Shown in pieces: positions 8,549 through 16,439 of a DNA stretch of 16,439 bases (its first letter is position 1; every line of letters begins with the position of its first letter). The notes beneath the pieces are model-generated. The model was given only the letters and a program-made list of their open reading frames with translations, had not been told where the DNA came from and did no database searches. This DNA comes from Armatimonadota bacterium (GTDB lineage: Bacteria > Armatimonadota > Armatimonadia > Armatimonadales > Armatimonadaceae). Location: the NCBI GenBank assembly GCA_043754515.1, contig JAYUUO010000054.1, forward strand, positions 1-16,439, written 5' to 3'. Both the position numbers and the translations under genes were made by a program.

Positions 8549-11500
8549 TGACCGACCCGTTCCGCGTTTTCGACGCCGTTCGCACTTCCTACCTGCGCTA
8601 CCTGGAAAGCCCGTTCCGGCTCCGCTACGACGATGTCATGCGGGAGCGGCGTGGTCTGCTCGACAGGGAGGGCGAGTTGTACCGTGAGCCTTTGTTCGAG
8701 CCGATGCCGCCGTACGTCTCCGACGGCAAAACGGTCTCCCAGACCTGTATAGACTTCGGCATCCCGCCGCAGGTCGGCGGCTTTCTGACAGCGGGACTGT
8801 TTCCCGCGACTGGTCATCTGTACAGCCACCAGTACGACGCGTGGCGCATATCACGTACAGGGAAGCCCGTCGTCGTCACATCCGGGACGGGTTCCGGGAA
8901 AACAGAATGTTTCCTTCTGCCGCTTTTCGCCCACCTAGCCGAGGAGGGGCTGCGCGATTGGGCGAAGGAATCGAACACCGGGGCGACGGGGAACTGGTGG
9001 GACGCACCCGGGAAGCGCAAAGAACAACGCGCGACGGAACCCCGGAGCCACGTGGGGGCGGTGCGCGCCCTCATGTTGTATCCGCTGAACGCCCTCGTCG
9101 AGGATCAGCTGAGTCGCATCCGCGAGGCTTGTGACTCGGGGCTGGCGTCCCACTGGCAACGTGAAAATATGGGAGGACACCGGATCTGGTTCGGGAGGTA
9201 TATCGGGGCGACCCCGATCCCCGGCCGCCCCGATTCCACCGAAGCGAAGAAGAGCGAGCACAAGAGAAAGATGACGGCCATGTCGCAGGACTGGCGTAAG
9301 GCGAATCGCTCCTGCGCCAGACTCCGTGCCCGGGCGGATGTCGCCGAACAGGGCGGCGACCCCGCCCGCGCCAAGGAGCTACGCCGCGACGCGGAACGGG
9401 CACTGCTGTTCTATCAAAACCCGGACGGGGCGGAAATGTGGTCGCGCTGGGATATGCAGGCGAGTCCGCCCGACATCCTGATCACCAACTACTCCATGCT
9501 GAACATCATGCTCATGCGCGGCGTAGAGAGCGGCATCTTCGAGAAGACGAAGGCGTGGCTCGCGGCGGATCGTAGGGGGAATGTTTTCCACCTGGTGGTG
9601 GACGAACTACACTCCTACCGGGGGACCCCCGGCACGGAGGTCGCCTACCTCCTCCGGGTGTTCCTCGACAGGATCGGGCTTTCGCCGGACTCGCCGCAAC
9701 TGCGGATCATCGCCACGTCCGCATCCATCGAGGAAAGCGACCCGAAGAGCCGCCTTTACCTGGAGGCGTTCTTCGGGCGGGACGGAGCCGATTTTGCCAT
9801 CCTGCCCGGCGACCGGACGGTCTACCCTCCCGCGCCGGGGGGCGTCGCGGGGCATGCCACCGCGCTCGCCACTTTCAACCGCGCCGTGTCCGCCGGGTCA
9901 GGCGTGGCGTCGCCCGAGGCGGCGGGAGAACTCGCCCGCAGTCTGTCGCCCGGCTCCCCGGATCTCGGCGAGGCGTTGAAGGCGTCGGGCGCGTTAGAGG
10001 TGCTACGCTTGGCAGGTAACAGCAAACCATTCACCGCCTCCCGGTTGGCGGAGGAAGCGTTCGGCGGTGCCGACGGCATGGGACTGGCGGCGGCGAAAGG
10101 TCTCGTGCAAGCCGCCACCTCGGCCGGCGATGTCGTCCCGCTACCGCTACGATGCCATCTATTTTTTCGCAACGCCGGGCGGATGTGGGCATGCGCGAAC
10201 CGCGCCTGCGGCGGGGCGCGTCACGAGGGGGCTGTCGCGGGTCAGATACGCCCGATAGGTAAACTATTCAGCGAGCCACAAACCCGCTGCGACATCTGCG
10301 GCTCCGCGGTACTAGAGCTACTCTACTGTCAGGCGTGCGGCGAGACATTCTTGGGCGGATACAAAGACGCGGGCGGGCAACTCACCCCCGACTACCCGGA
10401 TTTGGAATCTCTGCCCGATAAAACACCCGGATTCGAGCGCAAGTACGGCGAATACTCCCTGTTCTGGCCCGCCGGGGATAAAGAGTTATACGAAAATAAT
10501 GCCCCTGCGGGCGTGCGGGCAAGACCCGTCTGGTCGTGGCAACTCGACAACGAGATGTGCCGGTGGGAACCGGGGACCCTGCACCTGCTCTCCGCCGTTC
10601 TGGAACACCGACTCACCCGCGATGAGCCCGCTCCGGACAATTCGGTCGGCTATGTTTTCGCGGCGGCGGGCGACGAGGGCAAAGCACTCGCCAGCCGTTG
10701 CCCGCACTGCGGCGAGGATTGGGGTAAGCGCAAACACGGCCCGAAATCCCCGATTCGCTTCCTCAGTGCGGGCGTACAACGTATCACGCAGTTGATGTAC
10801 GATTCGCTTTTGCGGGAGATGCCGGACGCCCGGAACCGAAAACTCATCCTTTTCTCAGACAGTAGGCAGGACGCCGCCAAGTTGTCCACGGGTATCAAGG
10901 GGAGTCATTACCTGGACGTCCTGCGACAAGCCGCGTTTTCAGCAATGACGGACGGGAGAGCGTCCCGATCTTCCGAGAGGGACGCGCGCGACGAGGAGCG
11001 GAGTCGTGCCGGAACGCTACTAACCCTGCTCCGGCGCAGAAAGGACGGTACGGCATCGACCGCGGAGTTGGAAAGCATTCCGACCTTGATGCAATCATGC
11101 GGCGAGTCGGCGATGGAGATCATGCTCCACGTCGACTACGGCATGCGACCCCCGGATTTGCTCGCCGAGCCTCCCCCGCCCGTGCCCCCGTTCACGACGG
11201 CGTCTTACCCACAACTTTCCGCCACTTGTCGCAAAAGGCTACTCTCGCACGGAGTTAATCCGGGCGGCGTGGGCAGGCTTGTCACCACTCACGAAGATTC
11301 GGACGGGCGCGAACTAGCCCACTGGCGTTCGATAGTAGATTGGCAGTCGCTGGAATACACCCCCCACCCGTCAGGAGCGCAGGGGGCATTGCGGGATCGC
11401 ATCGAAGAAGCCGCGCGCGAGGCACTATTGACCCGCGTCCTCTTCGCCACGGGGAACCGTGATTTCGAGTCGCTCCGCCTGGGTTACTTAAGCCTGGAAC

Positions 11501-14187
11501 CGTCCGAGGCGAACAGCTGGTTGGAACAAGTATCCGGCGTTTCCCTTCGCCTACTCTGTCGCAAGTGGCGCATCGAACGTATCGGGGAACCCGCGAGGGC
11601 AATGCCTTCATACGTTAATAAGTACGTGGATGCCGCCGCTCGTGCGGACGGACGAGGGGTCGAGGCCGCCCGAACGACGGTGCGCAACCATCTCATCGAC
11701 AGCGGGGCGGTCACCGGCGAGTGGCTCGTCCGCTCGGAGCAATTAAACGTCGTGATGCCACACCCCGACGCTCAGGCACAACTGCGGCTTTGGCGGTGCG
11801 CCCGATGCCTGCGCATACACTTGCACCCGTCCGCCGGTGTCTGCTCGCAGTGCTACCGACCGCTGGGGGCGGAGCCCGTACTCGAGAAAGTGGATGACGA
11901 ATCCGCGTTCGACTTCTACGAGTTCCTCGCCCGCACCTCCCCGCCGATGTTCCGGCTTTCGTGCGCCGAATTAACCGGGCAGACCGACGCGGAGGAGCGA
12001 CGCTCCCGGCAGAGGCGATTCCAAGATGTGTTTCTCGATGACGAGATACCGCTCGCGGACGGGGTTGACCTGCTCTCGGTCACGACGACGATGGAGGCGG
12101 GCGTCGATATCGGTTCGCTCCTCGCCGTGGGGCTGGCGAACATGCCGCCGATCCGCTTCAATTATCAGCAACGGGTCGGTCGCGCCGGGCGGCGCGGAGC
12201 AGGATTATCGGTCGCACTCACGTTTTGCCGGGCCAGAACTCATGATGAATATTATTTCGCCCGGCCGGAACGCATCACCGCCGATCCGTCGCCTACTCCT
12301 ACCCTCGATGTCGAGCGAATCGCTATCGCGGAGCGAGTTGTCAATAAGGAGTTACTACGGCTCGCCTTAAACCCGGAGGGGGAAGAGGAAGCCCCGAGCG
12401 GTCCCGATGTTCACGGTGAATTTGGTACTCTGGATGACTGGGAACAACGCAACAAAGATACAGTGCGGCGTTGGTTTGCAAACAACACCGAGAAAGTAAA
12501 AAGTGTCTGTCGCACGGTCGCTTACAAGACTCGCATATCCCCCGACGACTTAACACAACACGCGATGTCGCTTCCCAACCGAGTAGAAGATGCGGTTCGC
12601 GCCGCGATAGCGGAAGGGGTTCACATCGCGCCGGATTCTCCTCTCAGTAAACGTCTCGCTAGTGACGGGCTTCTGCCTATGTTTGGATTCCCGACGCGAA
12701 TTCGTAGTCTCTATCATCAACAACCTAAGGAGTTTCCTGTCCGAAAAGGAACGGTAGAGCGCAATTTGGATATCGCAGTCAGTCAATTCGCGCCGGGAGC
12801 ACAAACAGTAAAAGATGATGCGATCCATACTGCTATTGGTGTCGCAAACTTCAAGCCGAAACGCCGAGGATCATCTGTTGATTTGGTCGCACAACCAAAT
12901 CCGTTGGGAGCAAACGTTCAAATAGGCATTTGCCGCTCTTGTCAAGCGATTGTACCAAATCCAGTGAAAGGGAGTTGTCCAGTCTGCAACACCGCAGAGG
13001 ACGACACAGGGTTCAGAATATCGTCAGTATCTGAGCCGATAGGGTTTATTTCGTTGTGGAAGGCAAGAGCAGACTATAGTGGCAATTTCGAGTACACCCC
13101 CCAATCTTTACGAGCGCGTATGGGAGCAATGCCTGTCGCGCCAAAGAGTCATCGTAATTTTGTTCTTGATTCATTGCGCCAATCTAAAGTGTATTTAGTA
13201 AATGATAATGATGGAAAGGACTTCATTTTCAAGTGTGGCAAATCTGCATACAGAGACATCTGGTATACGGATGAAGCAGTTAAGGTAGCCATTGACGCTC
13301 TACCAAACCAAGATCAGAAGACTTTTACGGGAAAACCGTTCGAGGATACAGATGCAGGAACTATAAAAAGATCGTTGGCATCCATTGCAGTCACTGACAT
13401 AATAACTGTAGGCATCCACGATATTCCAGCGTATTTTTGGATGAGTCCCAATACAGCCGCTGGTAGGGCAACGTGGTACTCGTTTGGTTTTCTAATCCGT
13501 CGTGCCTTGGCGACACGACTTGACGTGCCAGAGGGTGAGGTGCAAGTGGGAATCCAACCTTACACCGACGCACTTGCAGGGACACCACGGACACTAGCAC
13601 GACTTTTCCTCTCGGACACACTGGAGAATGGAGCGGGTTATAGTTCGGCATTTGGGGAGCCGGAGGCAATGGAAGACTTGCTCCGATACATGGTGGATGA
13701 GGCCGATGACTTTGTGAAACCGCTTGCAGACCCAACACATAGCGGACAATGTCGCACCTCCTGCCATCACTGCCTGCGTGACTTCAGTAATATGCCGTAC
13801 CACTCCCTTCTCGATTGGCGCATCGGGCTGGATGTGGCGCGACTCGCACTTGACGGTGATACGTCAGTGACACTTGCAGGAAACAGTTGGGAAGGGGTAG
13901 TAGCGTATGCCGTTTCGACATATTTTCGAGTACACGGACTGACGACAGAGCGGTTCGGTTCCTTAGAAGCCGGAGTCCGCAAGGAGCAGACAGAGGATGG
14001 AGAACGCACGGTCGCCTACACTCTTGCTCACCCGCTTTGGAATCTGCGCCCTGCCCATTTCTGCCGCGATCTCGCTGAGGCATCTGCACAAGCGGAAGCC
14101 GACCCAAGAGGTGTCGTGTTCCGTCCGGTGTCACTCTTTAATGCCTTACGCATCCCGCACAAACTTCCGACTGAGGGTGCGCCATGA
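8548..14187 (+). CDS. druE: Large DEAD/DEAH-box SF2 helicase with zinc fingers and DUF1998-like C-terminus (Druantia DruE-like)
   Basis: Q motif LYSHQ, Walker A SGTGSGKTE (8881-8907), Ia YPLNALVEDQ, ITNYSML, Walker B DELH (9601-9612), III ATSAS, IV LFSDSRQDA, V TTTMEAGVDIG, VI QQRVGRAGR (12166-12192), several CxxC pairs, and C-terminal DTLENGAGY...H-x3-CRTSCHHCL. The 1879-aa length fits DruE. Confidence 0.9.
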   Translation: MTDPFRVFDAVRTSYLRYLESPFRLRYDDVMRERRGLLDREGELYREPLFEPMPPYVSDGKTVSQTCIDFGIPPQVGGFLTAGLFPATGHLYSHQYDAWRISRTGKPVVVTSGTGSGKTECFLLPLFAHLAEEGLRDWAKESNTGATGNWWDAPGKRKEQRATEPRSHVGAVRALMLYPLNALVEDQLSRIREACDSGLASHWQRENMGGHRIWFGRYIGATPIPGRPDSTEAKKSEHKRKMTAMSQDWRKANRSCARLRARADVAEQGGDPARAKELRRDAERALLFYQNPDGAEMWSRWDMQASPPDILITNYSMLNIMLMRGVESGIFEKTKAWLAADRRGNVFHLVVDELHSYRGTPGTEVAYLLRVFLDRIGLSPDSPQLRIIATSASIEESDPKSRLYLEAFFGRDGADFAILPGDRTVYPPAPGGVAGHATALATFNRAVSAGSGVASPEAAGELARSLSPGSPDLGEALKASGALEVLRLAGNSKPFTASRLAEEAFGGADGMGLAAAKGLVQAATSAGDVVPLPLRCHLFFRNAGRMWACANRACGGARHEGAVAGQIRPIGKLFSEPQTRCDICGSAVLELLYCQACGETFLGGYKDAGGQLTPDYPDLESLPDKTPGFERKYGEYSLFWPAGDKELYENNAPAGVRARPVWSWQLDNEMCRWEPGTLHLLSAVLEHRLTRDEPAPDNSVGYVFAAAGDEGKALASRCPHCGEDWGKRKHGPKSPIRFLSAGVQRITQLMYDSLLREMPDARNRKLILFSDSRQDAAKLSTGIKGSHYLDVLRQAAFSAMTDGRASRSSERDARDEERSRAGTLLTLLRRRKDGTASTAELESIPTLMQSCGESAMEIMLHVDYGMRPPDLLAEPPPPVPPFTTASYPQLSATCRKRLLSHGVNPGGVGRLVTTHEDSDGRELAHWRSIVDWQSLEYTPHPSGAQGALRDRIEEAAREALLTRVLFATGNRDFESLRLGYLSLEPSEANSWLEQVSGVSLRLLCRKWRIERIGEPARAMPSYVNKYVDAAARADGRGVEAARTTVRNHLIDSGAVTGEWLVRSEQLNVVMPHPDAQAQLRLWRCARCLRIHLHPSAGVCSQCYRPLGAEPVLEKVDDESAFDFYEFLARTSPPMFRLSCAELTGQTDAEERRSRQRRFQDVFLDDEIPLADGVDLLSVTTTMEAGVDIGSLLAVGLANMPPIRFNYQQRVGRAGRRGAGLSVALTFCRARTHDEYYFARPERITADPSPTPTLDVERIAIAERVVNKELLRLALNPEGEEEAPSGPDVHGEFGTLDDWEQRNKDTVRRWFANNTEKVKSVCRTVAYKTRISPDDLTQHAMSLPNRVEDAVRAAIAEGVHIAPDSPLSKRLASDGLLPMFGFPTRIRSLYHQQPKEFPVRKGTVERNLDIAVSQFAPGAQTVKDDAIHTAIGVANFKPKRRGSSVDLVAQPNPLGANVQIGICRSCQAIVPNPVKGSCPVCNTAEDDTGFRISSVSEPIGFISLWKARADYSGNFEYTPQSLRARMGAMPVAPKSHRNFVLDSLRQSKVYLVNDNDGKDFIFKCGKSAYRDIWYTDEAVKVAIDALPNQDQKTFTGKPFEDTDAGTIKRSLASIAVTDIITVGIHDIPAYFWMSPNTAAGRATWYSFGFLIRRALATRLDVPEGEVQVGIQPYTDALAGTPRTLARLFLSDTLENGAGYSSAFGEPEAMEDLLRYMVDEADDFVKPLADPTHSGQCRTSCHHCLRDFSNMPYHSLLDWRIGLDVARLALDGDTSVTLAGNSWEGVVAYAVSTYFRVHGLTTERFGSLEAGVRKEQTEDGERTVAYTLAHPLWNLRPAHFCRDLAEASAQAEADPRGVVFRPVSLFNALRIPHKLPTEGAP

Positions 14188-15362
14188 ACTTGCCGCAACG
14201 CCCTACGTTCCAGCCACTCCCCTGTATCACGCCAAGTCAATACAACACCGGGCTTTCTTGCCGGGCAAAAGTCGTGTTCGGTAAGCACTACAAGAGGGAC
14301 GCTTTTCCTTCCACCGCCCCGGCGATACTGGGGCAGGCATTTCACGCCGCCGTCGAGTTGGCGACAAGAGGAAGACTTCCGTGGGGCGACGCGGCGCGGC
14401 GCGATGCCGTGCGCTCTCGATTCGCGGAGGCGGCGCGTGAGGCCCTCGCCACGGCCCACCCGTATTTACGCGAACGCTACGGCCGGATGGAAAACTTGCC
14501 CGGCTTCTACCGGCAACAAGAGCGAGCCGTCAGTCTGGCGATGCTATCGGACTCGATTCATCAAAACGTGGGGGTGGCGGTTGATGGTGCCGCGCCGCCT
14601 TCCGACGAGGAGATGCCCGTGCAACCTCATAGCCTTGAGGAGCCGAAAGTGGAATGGTCGGTTTCTTCGCGTGACGGGCTTATCCGAGGGCGTGTTGACC
14701 AATTCGTCCCGGGTAGATGTGAGATAGTTGACTACAAGAGCGGAATCCACGATAGCACGGGCGTGTCGGATTCCGAACTGCGGCAGTTGCGACTGTACGC
14801 CTATTTATGTCACGAGCAGGGGTATGAAGCGCGACGCGGGGTCGTCGTTCGCGCGAGCGGGGCGGTTGACCGAGTAACTATTTCCGAGGAGGAAGCACAG
14901 TGCGAGGGCGATGCGGCGAAGTCTTTCCTCCGCTCGCTCAACGCCGATCTTTCGGCGGGTGGCGTCGGTGGTCTGTGCTCACCGGACGCCGCCCAATGTT
15001 TTCGGTGTGCTTTCGTCCCCATCTGTGACCGATTCTGGGAGGAGGTTTCCGTGGATTGGGGGGAGGCGTCGGGAGTATTCGTTGCGGGCAAGGTGGAGGA
15101 AACACAACGTAATACTGGTGACGAATCGAAAGGAGGGCGGATCGCTTTGCGGGCGGACATTCACGCGGGGAACATGTGCGCCACATCGGTGACAATAGGC
15201 CCGTTGCCGATATGGACTTCCGAGGCTGATGGGAGCGATCCCCTTCAACCCGAGGATGACGTGCGGGTGATCGGGGTCTACAGGAGAGAGGGCGCGGATG
15301 GGCATTTGGGCATGGCCCCTATTGGGTCGCCGTGCGTCTGGCGCATTCCGGGTGGAGAGTAG
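14184..15362 (+). CDS. PD-(D/E)XK nuclease, RecB/AddB/Cas4-like, predicted 4Fe-4S
   Basis: ITPSQ...SCR (first Cys), GQAFH, RGRVD..IVDYKSG, QLRLY and C-x2-C-x5-C (CFRCAFVPIC). ATGA overlap with the helicase stop. Confidence 0.9.
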   Translation: MNLPQRPTFQPLPCITPSQYNTGLSCRAKVVFGKHYKRDAFPSTAPAILGQAFHAAVELATRGRLPWGDAARRDAVRSRFAEAAREALATAHPYLRERYGRMENLPGFYRQQERAVSLAMLSDSIHQNVGVAVDGAAPPSDEEMPVQPHSLEEPKVEWSVSSRDGLIRGRVDQFVPGRCEIVDYKSGIHDSTGVSDSELRQLRLYAYLCHEQGYEARRGVVVRASGAVDRVTISEEEAQCEGDAAKSFLRSLNADLSAGGVGGLCSPDAAQCFRCAFVPICDRFWEEVSVDWGEASGVFVAGKVEETQRNTGDESKGGRIALRADIHAGNMCATSVTIGPLPIWTSEADGSDPLQPEDDVRVIGVYRREGADGHLGMAPIGSPCVWRIPGGE

Positions 15363-15453
15363 CAATAGCGGATGGCGGCTGGAAAACTGTAGCGATAAAC
15401 GAAGATTTTTTAAGACAACAGTCCTTCGCACGTGAAAATGGTTGATAACAGGG

Positions 15454-15459
15454 TATAAT
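15454..15459 (+). promoter_or_regulatory. Possible sigma70 -10 box upstream of the tRNA-like remnant
   Basis: Perfect TATAAT in an AT-rich intergenic tract. The -35 match is weak (GTGAAA, 16-nt spacer). Confidence 0.35.
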
Positions 15460-15481
15460 CAGATTGAGCGGCGCGAAGAAG

Positions 15482-15518
15482 GCCCAGGTTGATTCGTAAA
15501 CAGCAGGTCGGGGGTTCG
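15482..15518 (+). pseudogene. tRNA-Thr(CGT)-like remnant (D-arm deleted, 3' end missing)
   Basis: GCCCAGG-T (acceptor-like 5' strand), TGA-TTCGTAA-ACAGC (anticodon arm, CGT at 15495-15497), AGGTC variable loop and GGGGG-TTCG T-arm start. Similarity ends inside the T-loop. Confidence 0.5.
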
Positions 15519-15971
15519 CGTTCATGGTCGGCAGGTGGACGTCTATCACGAACTCGCACCCGACGTGCCACGCGTCCGTGGTATCGATATGGTACTCCGC
15601 GCCCGACCCGAAGGCCGCCACGTTTTGGGTGCGGATCGTGTAGGCTTCCTGGGCGAAACAGGTCAGCAGACGCGCCCGCCCGAACCCGCCTATGCTCGCG
15701 GAGCCGTTCTCTCCGGAGCCACCTTTTGTCGTCTCCCCTAGGCGGAAGTAGACGTCCTCCAGCACGTCATGGCTCATGCCCGTGCCGTGTCACTGAACGT
15801 CACGCGTACGACGTTTTTGTCCCCGAGGATTTCGCTAGTCGTGACCTCGATTTTCGTCGCCCCGTTGTCTACGGCGTTCTGGATAAGTTCCCGCCAGAAG
15901 GCGGCTTTTACACTCGCATACGAACGTACTTCGTTCCGAAAGAAATTGTTACCGATTGCGATTCGTAGCAT
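15515..15971 (-). pseudogene. GHKL-family ATPase (HATPase_c) N-terminal domain, frameshifted and 3'-truncated
   Basis: ATG 15971 with SD AGAGGA. N-box RELIQNAVD is present. Restoring one base near 15788 gives the G1 box DNGTGM and joins ORFs 15774-15971 and 15319-15777. Downstream are G.TTK, G2 IGGFGRA and GCEFVI. Confidence 0.85.
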
Positions 15972-16164
15972 TTAAGTGTAGTCCTCTTACCGATGTCGAC
16001 GGCGCCGATCAGTCTCGAAAATCGGTCGGTAAGCGTCCGCTGTCATATGTCACGGAGGGTGAGCGGCGAGTTGTGTCTGCACACAAACCGCGGCGTTTTG
16101 TGGTTCACACAAACGAAAGAAATCGCCGTGATTTTTCCATGCTTGCGCTTTGTGTAAGGAAGCG

Positions 16165-16192
16165 GAGTCCGGGGGGATTCTCCCCCGGACTC
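16165..16192. repeat. 12-bp stem-loop
   Basis: GAGTCCGGGGGG-ATTC-TCCCCCGGACTC (11 Watson-Crick pairs plus 1 G-T). No U-tract follows. Confidence 0.7.
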
Positions 16193-16261
16193 GGTCCTCA
16201 CCTAAATATAGCGTCGAAGGAAGCAACATTAACCAGAAAACAAACAAAAGTTTTACCAAAA

Positions 16262-16439
16262 AGCGGCGTAAAGCCCCCTCCACGCCTTTAGGCGGGGGAT
16301 ATAAGCCGCGCCCCGCAAAGCGGGGCAGAGAAACCGTGTTTCGGCACGGTTTTCACGCGCTTTAGCGCGTGGTAAAAAAGCCCCATGTTAGCGCCTAAGA
16401 GCCATAGAAGCCCCCGTGCTTTAGCAGGGGGAGCAGTCA
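16262..16439 (+). mobile_element. Non-autonomous IS200/IS605-family derivative (PATE-like): left-end and right-end palindromes with no tnpA/tnpB
   Basis: Left-end-like GCGGCGTAAAGCCCCCTCCACGCCTTTAGGCGGGGGATATAAGCCGC (16263-16309) and right-end-like GAAGCCCCCGTGCTTTAGCAGGGGGAGCAGTCA (16407-16439). Both are imperfect hairpins with TTTA loops, ~100 bp apart. Confidence 0.7.

Noticed and set aside
1828..14187. DISARM class II (5mC MTase, helicase, DUF1998)
   Set aside because: In DISARM the helicase (DrmA) and DUF1998 (DrmB) are separate genes with a PLD nuclease (DrmC). Here they are fused and I recognised no PLD gene.
14184..15362. CRISPR-associated cas4
   Set aside because: No cas1/cas2 or repeat-spacer array in the window, and the gene is coupled to the helicase.
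3040..15431. Numerous 60-275 aa antisense and alternate-frame ORFs
   Set aside because: Shadow ORFs of GC-rich genes with no recognisable motifs.
15444..15455. GATAACAGGGTA resembles part of the I-SceI site
   Set aside because: Only 12 of 18 bases match and there is no sign of engineered sequence; treated as chance.
15319..15514. C-terminal tail of the 152-aa minus-strand ORF
   Set aside because: It runs through the tRNA-like relic and AT-rich spacer into the nuclease gene; interpreted as read-through after truncation.
16165..16192. Rho-independent terminator
   Set aside because: No U-tract on either strand and no gene ends next to it.
16050..16283. 77-aa minus-strand ORF with a hydrophobic N-terminus
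   Set aside because: It starts inside the IS-end palindrome, the hydrophobicity derives from an A-rich tract, and it has no SD or motif.

Overview
The core of the window (1828-15362, + strand) is a six-gene, probably anti-phage defence locus of the Druantia type. It encodes a C5-cytosine DNA methyltransferase, three uncharacterised proteins (~785, 673 and 319 aa; DruB/C/D-like by position, the last two also by size), a 1879-aa SF2 helicase with zinc fingers and a DUF1998-like C-terminus (DruE-like), and a RecB/AddB/Cas4-like PD-(D/E)XK nuclease with a predicted Fe-S cluster. The last five genes abut or overlap. This content matches none of the three Druantia types as I know them (ABCDE, MFGE, HE). 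The flanks are decayed mobile DNA. On the left are a ~95-bp inverted-repeat element, a truncated IS3-family transposase with two in-frame palindromic insertions, a small direct-repeat array and a CX5R phosphatase-like gene. On the right are a tRNA-Thr(CGT)-like remnant fused to a frameshifted GHKL-ATPase pseudogene, and a non-autonomous IS200/IS605-type element. All family calls come from reading motifs by eye; no searches were run.
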